A DNA stretch of 63,679 bases, filler included, from Choristocarpus tenellus KU-1152 (lineage: Eukaryota > Protista > Phaeophyceae), in the NCBI GenBank assembly GCA_964200185.2. It is 12 parts of 12 records of this genome, joined end to end, with 100 filler letters (N's around TTAATTAATTAA, not from the genome) between each part and the next. Parts side by side here need not be neighbours in the genome. Positions count along the whole stretch, not along the records: positions 1 to 5,430 come from CAXNAD020010804.1; positions 5,531 to 9,201 come from CAXNAD020018598.1; positions 9,302 to 12,527 come from CAXNAD020021413.1; 9 more parts are not named here. The stretch is one strand, 5' to 3'. Below, piece after piece: positions 1-11,451 of this stretch. The translations under genes and the position numbers were made by a program. The notes beneath the pieces are model-generated. The model was given only the letters and a program-made list of their open reading frames with translations, did not search any database and was not told the origin of the DNA. Numbering within the stretch: the first letter of the stretch is position 1; each line of letters begins with the position of its first letter.

Positions 1-69
1 CCAAAATGGCCCCCCCCCCAAAACCCCCCCCCCCCCCCCCCCAGATACTTTGACCCATATGGGTCATGA

Positions 70-192
70 CTAGGAAAAGTGCACTTAAATTATCTATCCG
101 ATGTATGCAACCAAATCACACAAAAATCGTGACATGAAAAAATTTACCCCAAATTGACAGCCAAGTCCCCCCCCCCCCAGATACTTGAGCCC
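70..192. mobile_element. MITE family A, partial reverse copy (another terminal remnant at 1-55)
   Basis: GGAAAAGTGCACTT...ATCCGATGTATGCAACCAAATCAC...CCCCCAGATACTTGAGCCC is the reverse complement of the 10372 and 49885 copies. Confidence 0.8.
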
Positions 193-1227
193 TAGCAAAT
201 GGTACATTCCTACATAGCAAAGTGCGAAGCATCAGTATGTAGCATGTGATTTCCTTGTTCATAGATGGCCTTGCAGGTTCAGGTGACCTCTTCACAGTTT
301 TAAACTCAACTCAGATGACACAACGTACTTGTGGAAACCTGAGCAAGGAGGAGAGTTGGTTAGAGTGGATGGTTCATAGCATCCTTTTTTCTGGATGTGG
401 ATATGCATTCCTTGCGCACTCATCGGATGCTGGTACTATCAACCATTATTTAACTAAAGGAAATATGACTATGGCAGTACATACTCGAACTGGCCCATGT
501 ACTTCCTTCCCTTTGATCTCATAAGAAGCGGAATTTTCTTCACTACAGGGCAGAAAAAAATGCAGCAATGGTTGCATAGATATATGACATGCAATTGGCA
601 GCCCTCCCTACTTACGAGACCTGAAGAGACTTGTGACTTGGAGTGCTGAATTCGATCGGTTAGCATAATCTCAACACTCTCCATTGCTCATCCCATTTTC
701 CCAGTTTGAAGACATTTTCCTGCACGTTTGATGAGCTGTAATCTAGACAGCGAGTTGTTTCCTTGTGAAGAGATAGGCAATGAAAATGTATTCATATGTC
801 TTTTTTGACATGCCTCGAATGAACAGGCTATCAGCAACTTGCAAGGGCGTTGCTCTGCCAGCACACTGGAGTGGTACCTTCCACGCCTCTACCACTTTAT
901 GGAGGAACGACTTCCGCATGATGTTCCCAAAGTATCATTAGACACAATCAACAGCGAGGGTGGAGAGAGAGGAATGGACAATCCTTACCTCCGCAATGCT
1001 GATGCAATGCTAATGGAGACCTCAGGTTGTCTGAGAAATTGAGAAGATTGTTGAGGCGTTGCGTAGGGTGCACAAGAGGTGATGTGGCTGATAGTCAGGA
1101 GGTGCAGTGTCATTTGCTTTTACTGTGGCAAAAGTATATTAGAGGATTTTTTTCCAATCCTGAGATATATCGTACCAGGAGTCCTCGTGGGAACAGACTG
1201 GCATTTCCATCTTACAGCTGAGGTAAA

Positions 1228-2301
1228 ATGTTTGAATTCCATCTCTCTGGCTTGAAACACATGCACTATAATGTCCCCTCCCCTCTGCCCCCCCTCAATA
1301 TGTATAACTCCTTTCCTGCAGGAGATGGGTGGTCTAGAAGTACCCATCAGCCCAGATCAGCATCCCCCACACTATACGGAGCTCCTGTTTCACAGTTTCG
1401 TGTTTCCAGGGAATCTCTGCACCAACCAACTGCGCCCCAGGTTCCCCACGGCTTCAGTGAAATCGGGCTTGCTATTGTCACTATCCCTGTCACTTCTCCT
1501 ACTTCCCCAATCCGAGGTTTGACTCCAGTCCCAACTTCAACCTCAGACGCGGATCATGCCATGACCACAGGCTCTACTCTGTCGAGCAGACACTCATCTT
1601 CTCATCCCCCACCATCAATCTCAGCAGTTCGTCTAGGCATTGAAGGAGGGAGCGAACACGACACCAATACTGACCAAATCCACCCAACCAAAAAAAAGAT
1701 GAAACATGGAAACTTGGGACACATTTCAAACACAAACATGTTAAGAGATCAATCAGGGTACCCTTGTGTTGCTGGAGAGGGGAAAGAGGGAGGGCCAGCA
1801 GCAGGTGGTGTTCTCAACTCCTACCCAATAAAACGCCAGAACGTACCACAGTCATCAGGGCAGGGCTCTGGACAGAAGCAACGAGCATATTGCAATGCTG
1901 ACAAATGGGCTGAAGAGAACGCACACAGACCTTTGCCAGAAGCAGTTCAATATTGTGGCTATAGTGAATGTGCAAGCAATAGTGCCAATGAAGGTCAGCA
2001 AACACATGGGGGGGGGATCCAAGGGGTTGGGGTGATACTCCAAAATAGTGTAAAGGAGGGAGTACAAAATTCGAAGGGGGATATTCCTGGAGCGGGTACG
2101 CCAGAGCAGGATTGCAGCAATCAAAAGGATATCATAACATCAACTATGGCAAGAGCAGAAGAGGTAGCCGGAAGGATGCTGAAGGGCACGGCATGTCAAA
2201 CAGGGAATAGCACTAGCAGGAAGTTAGTTAGTGAAGACAAAGACCTCGTGATGGCTGGTGAGAAGAGATGGAGGTGCAGGCATTGTCCCTGCAATGCCTG
2301 A
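1228..2301 (+). CDS. 357-aa low-complexity (S/P/T/G-rich) ORF of unknown function, possibly transposon-derived or a long exon
   Basis: Longest ORF in the window outside the copia element. No recognisable domain. Confidence 0.35.
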   Translation: MFEFHLSGLKHMHYNVPSPLPPLNMYNSFPAGDGWSRSTHQPRSASPTLYGAPVSQFRVSRESLHQPTAPQVPHGFSEIGLAIVTIPVTSPTSPIRGLTPVPTSTSDADHAMTTGSTLSSRHSSSHPPPSISAVRLGIEGGSEHDTNTDQIHPTKKKMKHGNLGHISNTNMLRDQSGYPCVAGEGKEGGPAAGGVLNSYPIKRQNVPQSSGQGSGQKQRAYCNADKWAEENAHRPLPEAVQYCGYSECASNSANEGQQTHGGGIQGVGVILQNSVKEGVQNSKGDIPGAGTPEQDCSNQKDIITSTMARAEEVAGRMLKGTACQTGNSTSRKLVSEDKDLVMAGEKRWRCRHCPCNA

Positions 2302-2989
2302 AGACAGTCTAGCGTGTAGGGTGACTTGTCATTATAGTTCTATGGTTATACTGAAAATATGCATATTCTACAACAGCCCAATCATTCCTAACAAAGCGAA
2401 TCCTTGCACGGGATCCACTTTCAAGCAATTTGGAAGTATTGTAGCCTATAGGGTGGGAATAATTGAGTGATGTAATGTAAATTCCTGGGAACATCATTGT
2501 AATGCACCTACTGACAACGATTCAGATCTGTAGAGGCATACCGCCTGGTATTTTCTTCATGATCATGCTCAAAGATGTAGTGTCGCATCCCAGATGCGTC
2601 CCAATAAGTAATATTACGCTGTCACAACAGGGAAATTTTTTCTGTGCAATATAGTTTAATGGAGGACTACATCAATATTGTAGAGTATCACAATGGAGCA
2701 ACATATTTCATTTCAATGTTGCCCAAGTATTCTAAACCTTGTTCAAGTGTCCCCCTGCAAATTACCAAAAGCTTTAGTGTTTACAAATTTTTATTGAAAT
2801 TTCTGATATCGTATATATATACATTGCTCTAAATGTACGGGAACAAAGAATTAGTGAAAGAAATAGTTCTGGTTTGTGCATTATGCTGATTGGATCCACA
2901 CCACAAGCTTGGGGCAAGGGCACTGTTGTTTCAGACAGCAATATCCGTTCACGATAGTGTTTTGTCTTTCCCACTTAGCTAGCATCACC

Positions 2990-3180
2990 CTTAATCTTTC
3001 TCTGTACAATTTCCGAAACAACTCATTGATAAACGGCATCCGCTTGACCCGAAAATCATGTGCAGAGTGTGGTTCAGGTCGACAGAGGGAGCTGCTGAAA
3101 CTCCTTCGCAAGATGCCGTTAGAGAGTGTCTTCATGCTGTCCAGAGGTAGGAGATCCGGAGGATTGTTCTCTCCATGTGC
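2990..3180 (-). CDS. Isolated candidate exon of an unknown protein
   Basis: Acceptor TGTGTTTCACAG, open frame HGENNPPDLLPLDSMKTLSNGILRRSF...FINELFRKLYRERLR, and a possible donor GTGATG. No partner exons were identified. Confidence 0.35.
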
Positions 3181-4964
3181 TGTGAAACACAAATTGAACA
3201 TGCTACAGCTAAGTACTTGGAAGTAATAGTCATTCTTGAACGTAGTGGTGCTTGAACATGTAAATGTGTTAAACAAACTCATTTTACACGCTGCCTTGAA
3301 TGGCACTCACTTATCTCTTCGATTGCTTAAAACATGGTGCACAATATTTAATTTATTTCTTGTCCCTTATTGCCATACTGTAATGGATGATGACATAAAA
3401 TCCCATCTCATATAGATCACATGGGAGGTCTTTGGACAAACACTGGTTTTACACAACTCCTTCCTTGCACCCTTAGAAGCCAAGAAAAATCAACCTGGTT
3501 CAAGGAATAACCAAACGAATTTCTAAAGAGTTAGCATGAGCTATATAGGTCGGTTCAAACAACACGAATAAAAAGAACACTCTATATCAATATCTTTATG
3601 GCAAAACTGGCCACCCAAGAGCTACTTAAGCCCAGCTGGGCTTGCAGCCATGAAAAAAATGCTGAATTTGTTTGTGACTTTAAAAACTTTACACCATTAT
3701 CCTCAATATCCCACTATTTCCCAAAGATTATATCAACCCAATATACCTACTCCATCTTCACAATGAGCAAGGCACAAACTTACCTAGTAACATAAGCGTT
3801 TGGTGGTGTTCTTGCATCTTTGCCCGTGGCTGCTGTATCTCAAATTAAGCAGGAAGGGGAATTGAATCGCTTTCCAAGATCTCCCCCAGCTCAAGGTATG
3901 GTCACCACCAGATAGATAGGGGGATTGCTGCTGCTCAACCTGGGGGAAAGAGTAGAGGGATTCAAGAGCTGGCAATGCATGGACACGGCGGTGCCACACA
4001 TGGGCATATTGTCACATCCCAGGTGATGTGTATCCATGGAGAATGGAGAAGAAAGGACTAATAATACTATGTCAACACAATCTGATGTACATTGAAACTG
4101 AATCTAGGTCAGATATATGTGTAGGGGATATTCTAAGTGTATCCCAACCTCTTGATCACTACTATCATTAACATATAGTAGCATGTTCACTCGGCATAAT
4201 ATGATGGGAAATGGCGAAAATCTCTTCCAAGCACCTAGTCGAAGAACTGCACAAGAATTGACAAGAAGTGCTGCTCTAGATTTGTGCACAATTTTCATCA
4301 CAGGACAAGAAATATAATGCTTTGGAAACGGCAATAAATCGAGAATACAATATGGAAAATTTATGACAACTGTTACTTTTTTAGGGATTTTTCTGACATG
4401 TGAATAGTTTTAATTGTTTTTTCCTCTGACACATATGGAAAATGTCAGGGAACATAATAATAAAATACTAGTATGTTGAGAATCAAAATGGAGAATAAAA
4501 TGCACTGTAGTAAATCATCACGCACCCTTGGACGTACGGACGGACCTTGCTGAGGATATAATGCATTATGTCCACAAGAATAAAGATGTGCGCATAAAAA
4601 AAATGGATGTCAATACACCCTTCTGCGATCCTATCATACCAATTTTGAGATGTTGACAGACCTTTTTGCAATCTTACTACAAGGAAACGATAGTAAATAG
4701 AACATTAAAGATGTGCAGAGTAATTGGTATGCTTGTCATCAATAAATCTCTAAATCATGTGGGTGGAGATATATTTTCTTTCTATTCAGGTACAGTGGGT
4801 TACCTGATTTTATTCACCCACAGGCATGCCCGATAAAAGCGGAACAAAAATGATGTGGTACAAAATCCCATTTGTACCAATTGATACAAAACCGGGCATC
4901 CGACTATGTGCCAAATAGTACAATATCGGGAGAATTTATAAAGCAGGATTGCACACGTCTGATG

Positions 4965-5240
4965 ACTACGACTAGTAATTGTGGTAATCGTAATCGTTGA
5001 GCTAATGTTGGAGAGATTCAAGAATTAGTCATAGAATCGACTAATAATCGTGGCATTCCTGGGAAATCAATAGTGGAATCGACTAATTAATCGTGATGAG
5101 TTGGGAAATCAATCGTCGAAGCGACTAATTAATTGTGGTGAGCTGGGATATCAATCGTGGAATCAACTAACAATCGTCAGTTTATTTTTCGACACCCACA
5201 ATCGTGATTAAATCGTTTTTACGATTAAATTATCGTCAGA
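4965..5240. repeat. Degenerate tandem repeat built on AATCG(T/A) motifs
   Basis: Repeated units such as GGGAAATCAATCGTGGAATCGACTAATTAATCGTG (3-4 copies of about 40 bp) plus many AATCG pentamers. Confidence 0.75.
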
Positions 5241-5430
5241 CGTGTGCAGGGTTATGAAAAGACGAAAGACCAAATCGACGCAAAGACGTGCTACAACATG
5301 ATTGTAACTGTACGCCACATACTCCACGGGTCAGTGGATACGTCTCGTGGTCCTTGCAAGCTTCATGGATAGGATGGAAACGATTACGAGCGCTTTTTTT
5401 TAATGATGTTTATGTGTTAATGCGCATCTC

Positions 5431-5530
5431 NNNNNNNNNNNNNNNNNNNNNNNNNNNNNNNNNNNNNNNNNNNNTTAATTAATTAANNNNNNNNNNNNNN
5501 NNNNNNNNNNNNNNNNNNNNNNNNNNNNNN
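5431..5530. other. Artificial contig spacer N44-TTAATTAATTAA-N44 (also at 9202, 12528, 15597, 18634, 21481, 24194, 28777, 48159, 54520, 58886; each 100 nt)
   Basis: The identical 100-nt structure occurs 11 times, and TTAATTAATTAA gives stops in all six frames. Confidence 0.98.
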
Positions 5531-5880
5531 CCGCGCGTCTTATACATACAGTGTGTGTCGGCGATCCCAAAAAGGAACCTGTCCCTGACAATTACACATA
5601 TCTGCTGACACATCAGCTGACACATCCAAACGTGTCCTGCCGTTACATCGTTCTATGTCGCTTATCCTGTGCAGCTAGTAGTATGTCAGAACTCTTCCAT
5701 CGATCCATATATATCAAGTAATAAGAAATCTATCACCTGACGTTAGAACCCATTACTTTAAGCACACGAACACAACTCAAAGACGCTTGTTCCACTTAGC
5801 CGACATCCCTATTGTCTACTAGTGTCCACAAAATACCTATAAATCATACAGACTATCAGCCTATATTGCACGCTCCCCCG
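5531..5880 (-). repeat. Polypurine tract (5871-5880) and 3' LTR of the copia element (LTR starts at 5870, cut by the contig end)
   Basis: The minus strand reads ...CACGGGGGAGCG|TGCAATATAGG... about 30 nt after the RNase H stop. The far LTR end cannot be defined because of the gap. Confidence 0.7.
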
Positions 5881-5910
5881 TGAGCGTGCAGCAAAGTTGC
5901 TGGCAAAAGC

Positions 5911-6150
5911 TCACCCCCGACGCGAAAGCACAGAATGCACAAAACTAGAAGTAAGATTCTTACGCAAAGGCTTAGTCAAAATGTCAGCTAGTTGTTTCGA
6001 TGTTGGAACATATTCTACAAGAAACAGGCCTTGGTCCACATATTCCCTAGTGCACTTCAGCTTCATGTCAACGTGTGTTGTTCTCCCATTGTAACCTGTG
6101 ATTCTGCTCACCTGTATAGCACCACGATTGTCACAGAACCAGGGAGTCTG
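5911..6150 (-). pseudogene. Copia RNase H C-terminal part (frameshifted)
   Basis: TPWFCDNRGAIQVS...RTTHVDMKLKCTRE...EYVPTSKQLADILTKPL. Confidence 0.9.
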
Positions 6151-7399
6151 ACTGTAATATGCCAATCTCCCCCAGAATGCCTCGAAGGAAAATGCAGTGG
6201 CGCATGCCATATGCCATTGCCGTCCACTCTGCCTCCGAGCTGGAGAGGGTGACAGCACCTTGAAGTTTGGAGCGCCAGCAGGCAATCGGCGACTTGTTGA
6301 ACAGTAGCAAGTAGCCTGTGACACTCCAGCGTGTTTGGGAGTCTGTGCCCCAGTCAGAATCTCCATAACCCACTAGAAGTTCTTTGTCCCCCTCGTTCAT
6401 ATCTTTGTCTACTCGATTATAATGAATGCAGACATCCAATGTCCCTGCTACGTAGCGCAGAACGTGCTGTAGTCCGCGCCAGTGTCTCATGCATGGAGAT
6501 GCTGCTCTACGCCCCAATTCACGAATACTGTTAGCCAGATCTGGTCGAGTCATTCCTGCTAAGAACATAAGTTTCCCAAGAATACTGGCATAGGGGTATA
6601 TGGTGGGATCTAGCTCCTCCTCATGATTTTGTTTAGCAGAGAGGTCCATGCCGGGGTCCAGTGGTGTTGATGTCTTTCGTACTTCTATAGTGCCCATTCC
6701 AGCCATAACAATGCTTCTAGCGTACATTTGTTGATCCAAGGTGATTCCATGTTCACCCACAGTGATGCCCACGCCAATTAGCTTGTCTGGTGTACCTAAG
6801 TCCCGCCCCTTATACTTTTCCAGCAGTGATGCCCTCATCCTCTGGATTTCTTCTGTGAAGTCCCCAGTCATGAAGGTGTCGTCCATATAGGTCGTGAGAA
6901 TGGCAATGCGTCCGTCTTCACTCTTCTTGAAGTAGAGGCACTCGTCATGTTGGCTGCTTGTCCATCCCTCTGATATAATGGTACTGCATAGTTTATGGTA
7001 CCATTCCATTGCTGACTGCCTCGGCTCATAAATGGTCTTCTCGGCCTTGACTGTGCGGCCATCAGGAAGCTCCAACCAGATGTCCTCCTGCAGATCCGCG
7101 TTGAGGTAGGTCTGTGTAAAGTCCAGGGCGTCTATGTTCCAACCTCTGTACGCTGCGACTGATATGACGCATCGTAGGGTGTCATATCCCACCACCGGGC
7201 TGAAGGTTTCAAAGAAGTCCACTTCTGCATTTTGGGTGAAGCCACGGGCCACAAGTCTTGCCTTGTATCGCTCCACTGACCCGTCTGCTGAGCGCTTGAT
7301 CTTGAAAACAAATCGTGTCTTGATTGCCTTCCTCCCTTGGGGCAGGGCCTTATCACTAAAAGTCCCCTCTTGCCATAACCCTGACATTTCCTTATCCAT
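6131..7399 (-). pseudogene. Copia reverse transcriptase (RVT_2 type) plus start of RNase H
   Basis: 422-aa ORF with RYKARLVARGFTQ, FFETFSPVV, LTTYMDD, YASILGKLMFLAGMTRPDLA and YGDSDWG. The reading frame is disturbed near the SKLQ/SSSEAE region. Confidence 0.93.
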
Positions 7400-8372
7400 T
7401 GCCTCTTACCATTGCTCTCCATCTGGCCCACTCAAGGCCACTTTGGTTGTAGATGGCTCGTCTGGACCTGCTGTTACTTCCCCCATGAGACCATAAAGCA
7501 GTACACTTCTTCGTTGTTCTGCTGCATGAGGGTTGACTCGAAATGGTTAATGTCTGTTCTTCTTCTTCTTCCTGATCACATAGTTGAGATGTGTAGGCTA
7601 CCCGCTGGTGTTGCTCTAGCCTGGCAGATCTCCGAAGTCCAGAGTATGGGGTCAGGCGCTTGGCTGCCATCTGTGCAGCCCTATCCATGCGCTGGCGTTG
7701 TCCCATCCTGGTAGAAATTTCTTGACTCTGAGGGGATGCTGGGCGCTTTGTATCTTGAGCCCTACGCCCAATATTTTGCTTCTCACCCTCAGTCATGTCT
7801 GCCTCTCTTCCTGTTATTGCAGAAGCCTCTTCTTCATTTTTTATTCCCATGTCCATGTCGTCATCGAACTCTGATTCCTCCAGTATGTCGAGCTCTGGCT
7901 CCCCCACTAGCTCCAGCAGTTTGGCTTCAGGCTGGAAAGACACTTGTGCTGAGGTCACCAGCTTACCCTCCTGTGGGATCCATACGTGCCAGTATAATGA
8001 CACTCTGTCATGTCCAACAATGATCCCCCATTTTGCATATGGGTGGAACTTAGCATTAGCGCCGCGCTGTTGTTGCTTGGTTCGATGTACAAAACACTCT
8101 GTCCCAAATACTCGAAGCCGCTTGTAGTTAAAGGGTGTGTAGGTCAGGCGCTCATATGGAATCTCGCCTCCCAAGTATTCGTGTGGCATTCCAGTGATCT
8201 TGAATGTGGCGTCTGCCACTGCAAAAAACCAGAACTCCTCCCCCATTCCAGCTTGAATCAACTGGCTGCGAGCAGCTTGCATAATCTGTTTTATTGCCCG
8301 CTCAGCAATACCATTGCTCTGGGGCGTGCGTGGGGGTGTCTTGCGCCATTTCACGCCCCACTCTGACAGCAA
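7392..8372 (-). pseudogene. Copia integrase C-terminal core and downstream linker (5'-truncated)
   Basis: 326-aa ORF containing TPPRTPQSNGIAERAIKQIMQAARSQL...FWFFAV...PYERLT...LRVFGTECFVH. It is frameshifted relative to the RT ORF. Confidence 0.9.
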
Positions 8373-8374
8373 GC

Positions 8375-8871
8375 GCTGGATTGGGCACTATAGAAGTACG
8401 AAAGACATCAACACCACTGGACCCCAGCATGGACCTCTCTGCTAAACAAGATCATGAGGAGGAGCTAGATCCCACCATATACCCCTATGCCAGTATTCTT
8501 GGGAAACTTATGTTCTTAGCAGGCATGACTCGACCAGATTTGGCTAACAGTATTCGTGAATTGGGGCGTAGAGCAGCATCTCCATGTATGAGACACTGGC
8601 GCGGACTACAGCATGTTCTGTCCTATCTTGGGAGAAAGATCTTGGCTTTGGGTGGATGTTGAGCGCTTTGCATCTTGAGCCCTACGCCCAATGTTTTGGC
8701 TCTCGCCCCCAGTCTCGCTCCCTGTTGTGGAAGCCTCTTCTTCATCTTTTATATCCATGTCCATGTCGTCATGAAACTCTGGCTCCCCAGTATGTCCAGC
8801 TCTGGCTCCCCCACTAACTCCAGCAGTTTGACTTCAGGCTGAAAGGTCACCTGTGCTGAGGTCACCAGCTT
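8375..8871. mobile_element. Rearranged copia fragments: inverted copy of RT segment 6458-6703 (at 8375-8620) fused to a direct, more diverged copy of 7699-7964 (at 8619-8871)
   Basis: ORF 8294-8662(+) repeats GTIEVRKTSTPLDP...RHWRGLQHVL of the RT. ORF 8749-8931(-) repeats KLVTSAQV.FQPE.KLLELVGEPELDIL of the integrase-linker ORF. Confidence 0.9.
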
Positions 8872-9030
8872 GTCTAGACAGTGTCGCTCTCCTCTGTAGA
8901 CAAACGATCTGAAGGTGTCCTTTACCTCCACAGTTGTTCCAGGATGTGCTTATCACCATCGCTGCGGCCTCCCTTTTTCTTGTCTGTCCCAACAGGAACC
9001 ACAAGGCCTCGCGATGCCCTCCACAAATGT

Positions 9031-9201
9031 CTCGAAGTATCTGGGGGAGGGTAGCGGCTGTCCATTTAGGGTAAAAAAAATTGTCGCGATTTTTGGGTGA
9101 TTTGGTTGCATACGTCGGATGGATAATGTAAATACCCTTTTCCTGATATTGGCCCCAATGGACACTCTGGTGTAGATTCCCCCCCCCCCCACATACTTTG
9201 G
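9031..9201. mobile_element. MITE family A copy at a contig end
   Basis: CTCGAAGTATCTGGGGGAGGG...GGTGATTTGGTTGCATACGTCGGATGGATAATG...GGTGTAGA..CCCC..ATACTTTGG. Confidence 0.85.
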
Positions 9202-9548
9202 NNNNNNNNNNNNNNNNNNNNNNNNNNNNNNNNNNNNNNNNNNNNTTAATTAATTAANNNNNNNNNNNNNNNNNNNNNNNNNNNNNNNNNNNNNNNNNNN
9301 NAAGTAAAAAAAAAAAACACGTTTACACAAAAAGACCCCCACCCCCACCCCCCCCCCCCCCCCCCAAGATACTTTGACCCTAATACACAGTTCTGCTTCT
9401 GTGAATATGCTCAGCTCTTCTCAGTGAATACTATCAGACCAATTGCATGGAGAGTGAATACGCCATCTTAAGTCAACCTGGGCAACCACTGCTGTGAACA
9501 CGCTTTGCGATCCTACCTAAAACTGTCTCTCACTCCCACTTTCAACAG

Positions 9549-11451
9549 GCTCAAATCAGTTACGCTCCCTGTGGATAGAAGTTGCAATAGCACATTGGCC
9601 GCTCGGGTCAGGATGCGCCTTGAGGAAATCACTGAGGAAGCCAAAGAATATGCCACATCCAGGTAAAAACCGACTACTCTTTCCTGACGCAGCACTAGTG
9701 CCATTTCTGGGTTATGCAAGAGTGCAGAAGGTAAAAATACAACAAGGCATATTTCATGCAGAAATATATACCCACCTGTGAAACAGTATGGCATCACAAC
9801 AATATTTGTAGTGCAAGGGAGGCTATTTGAGATATTGCTTTGACTTTGTGGCTGTCTTTGATTCCTTCCTACTCCTCGGGGGATTCCTAACGAGGTTCGA
9901 CATCAGCCTGATCAACGAGACACTTGAAATAGTAAAATGTACCTCAGGGCACAAACAAACAATATGACCAAATTCGGATCCCTGCTGGAGATCGAAGGTA
10001 GGGAACACACAGCAATGAAATAAAACGTTTGCAAACACCAGTCGAAAATCTACATGTTGCATGGTGCTGTCGGAGCACATATGCCCTCCTCCCTTCCTTA
10101 CCCTCTCAACCCATGGCCTCGCTTCGCCATCATGTTTAAAATATCCAACAGTGAAAGTGATGAGGAGTCAGATAACACAGAAGATGAGCGTGAAGATGAC
10201 GTCGACATCATTGCAAGGCAGGCAAGGGAAGAAGAGAGTGCATATTCTGATGTCTACGAAGCTCTTCTTGGTGTCCTGCTACGGGATGTACTACTTCCTG
10301 TTGCACATGCTGCTATTGCCGCTTCGGGACCAAAGGAGGTGAGTGAGGAAGGAAAATGTCCCCTTTGTAGAGGGCTCAAAAGTATCTGGGGGGGGGTGGC
10401 GGCTGTCCATTTGGAGTCATTTTTCCTTGTCGCATCTTTCAGGTGATTTGATTGCATATGTCGGATGGATAATGTAAATGTACTTTTCCTCATTTTGGTC
10501 CAAACGGACACCCTGCTATAGACCCCTCTCCTCCAGATACTTTGGGTCAGAGGTGCCTCACAGCAGTGACCTGAGTGTCCAGTAATCTGTTAAAAAAAGA
10601 AATGGACACTATGTGTTTTTGGTGTAGGAAGAATTATGGAGAAGACTTACGTTTTTCTTCTGTAAGCAGTGACATTATTTGGACATGAAACATTCCTGAT
10701 CCTGTGTTAGCAACAAGCACACACTAGGTACAGACGACACAATCAGAATGTTCCCTGTTCCATCCAATGGATATGTTGTTGGGAGGACATTTTGAGATAA
10801 GGCTACTGTGAAATAAGGAGTCAAAGCATTCAAGAGGATGGGGCCGTGTCCATTTGGGATTGTAAATCCAATGTTGCAATTTTGATAAATTTTGGTTAAG
10901 ATGTTTGATATTGTCAACATCCTTGCTCTGGACACACCTTTCATAGTCTTATACGTATTAGGGTTAGGGTTAGTGTTCACACAGAAAACCGAAAAAGGGG
11001 CATAAAAAAGACAAGGGAAGTCAAACCCCAAGCGGACAAACAGGGTTAAACCCCTACCCTCTTAATTGTTTTGAGGTCTTGACTATATTTGGCACCATTT
11101 GTGGCTGACTGGTGGTAGAACAGGTGGGGAAAATGAAAAAATAGTGAGGAAACAAAAGAATATGGCATGATACTTGTATTGGATAACAAATAAAGCTCTA
11201 GAACAGTATGATCTTCCCCTTCACTGCAACTGCGTAGAAAAAGGAGTCATGCATCCACACAGGGTTACCGCGCAAGCAATGATACTCCTGACCCTAACCC
11301 TAACCCTTACCGTTATTTCATACCTGTCCTGTTCTATCGTACCTACAAATCAGGGTCTTCACGGAAGGACGAACATTTTCTTGGAAAATATGGCGAACCT
11401 TTCAGATGTAGATGGTGCTGACACCCTCTCAACCAAGCAACTCAATGTTGG
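9549..11451 (+). CDS. Internal exons of an unidentified host protein gene
   Basis: Phase-consistent GT-AG exons 9549-9662, 10152-10338 and 11354-11451 give LKSVTLPVDRSCNSTLAARVRMRLEEITEEAKEYATSSESDEESDNTEDERE...ASGPKE|GLHGRTNIFLENMANLSDVDGADTLSTKQLNVG. A terminal exon may start at ~11597. Confidence 0.55.
10372..10548. mobile_element. MITE family A (~170 bp), complete copy in an intron
   Basis: Terminal inverted repeats CAAAAGTATCTGGGGG...CTCCAGATACTTTG. The internal motif GGTGATTTG.TTGCAT..GTCGGATGGATAATG is shared with the other copies. Confidence 0.85.

Larger units (their letters stand above)
5531..8372 (-). mobile_element. Degenerate Ty1/copia LTR retrotransposon (partial integrase, RT, RNase H, PPT, 3' LTR); 5' part missing
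   Basis: Domain order is integrase (TPQSNGIAERAIK, PYERL, LRVFG), then RT (FKIKRSADGSVERYKARLVARGFTQ, ETFSPV, YMDD), then RNase H (GYGDSDW, SSSEAEW, CDNRGAI, QLADILTKPL). A polypurine tract and TGCA-starting LTR follow. Frameshifts separate the three ORF pieces. Confidence 0.95.

Noticed and set aside
330-545. MULE transposase-like EESW...SD...H..RN pattern
   Set aside because: Needs frame changes and the spacing is poor; too weak to call.
5245-5430. TGCA-starting sequence as the far end of the copia LTR
   Set aside because: It lies in a different contig across an artificial spacer, so continuity cannot be assumed.
5475-5486. TTAATTAATTAA palindrome repeated 11 times, suggesting a regulatory or recombination site
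   Set aside because: Always embedded in N44...N44; it is an artificial six-frame-stop linker.
7134-8366. Plus-strand ORFs of 95-120 aa over the copia element
   Set aside because: Antisense shadows of the pol reading frame.
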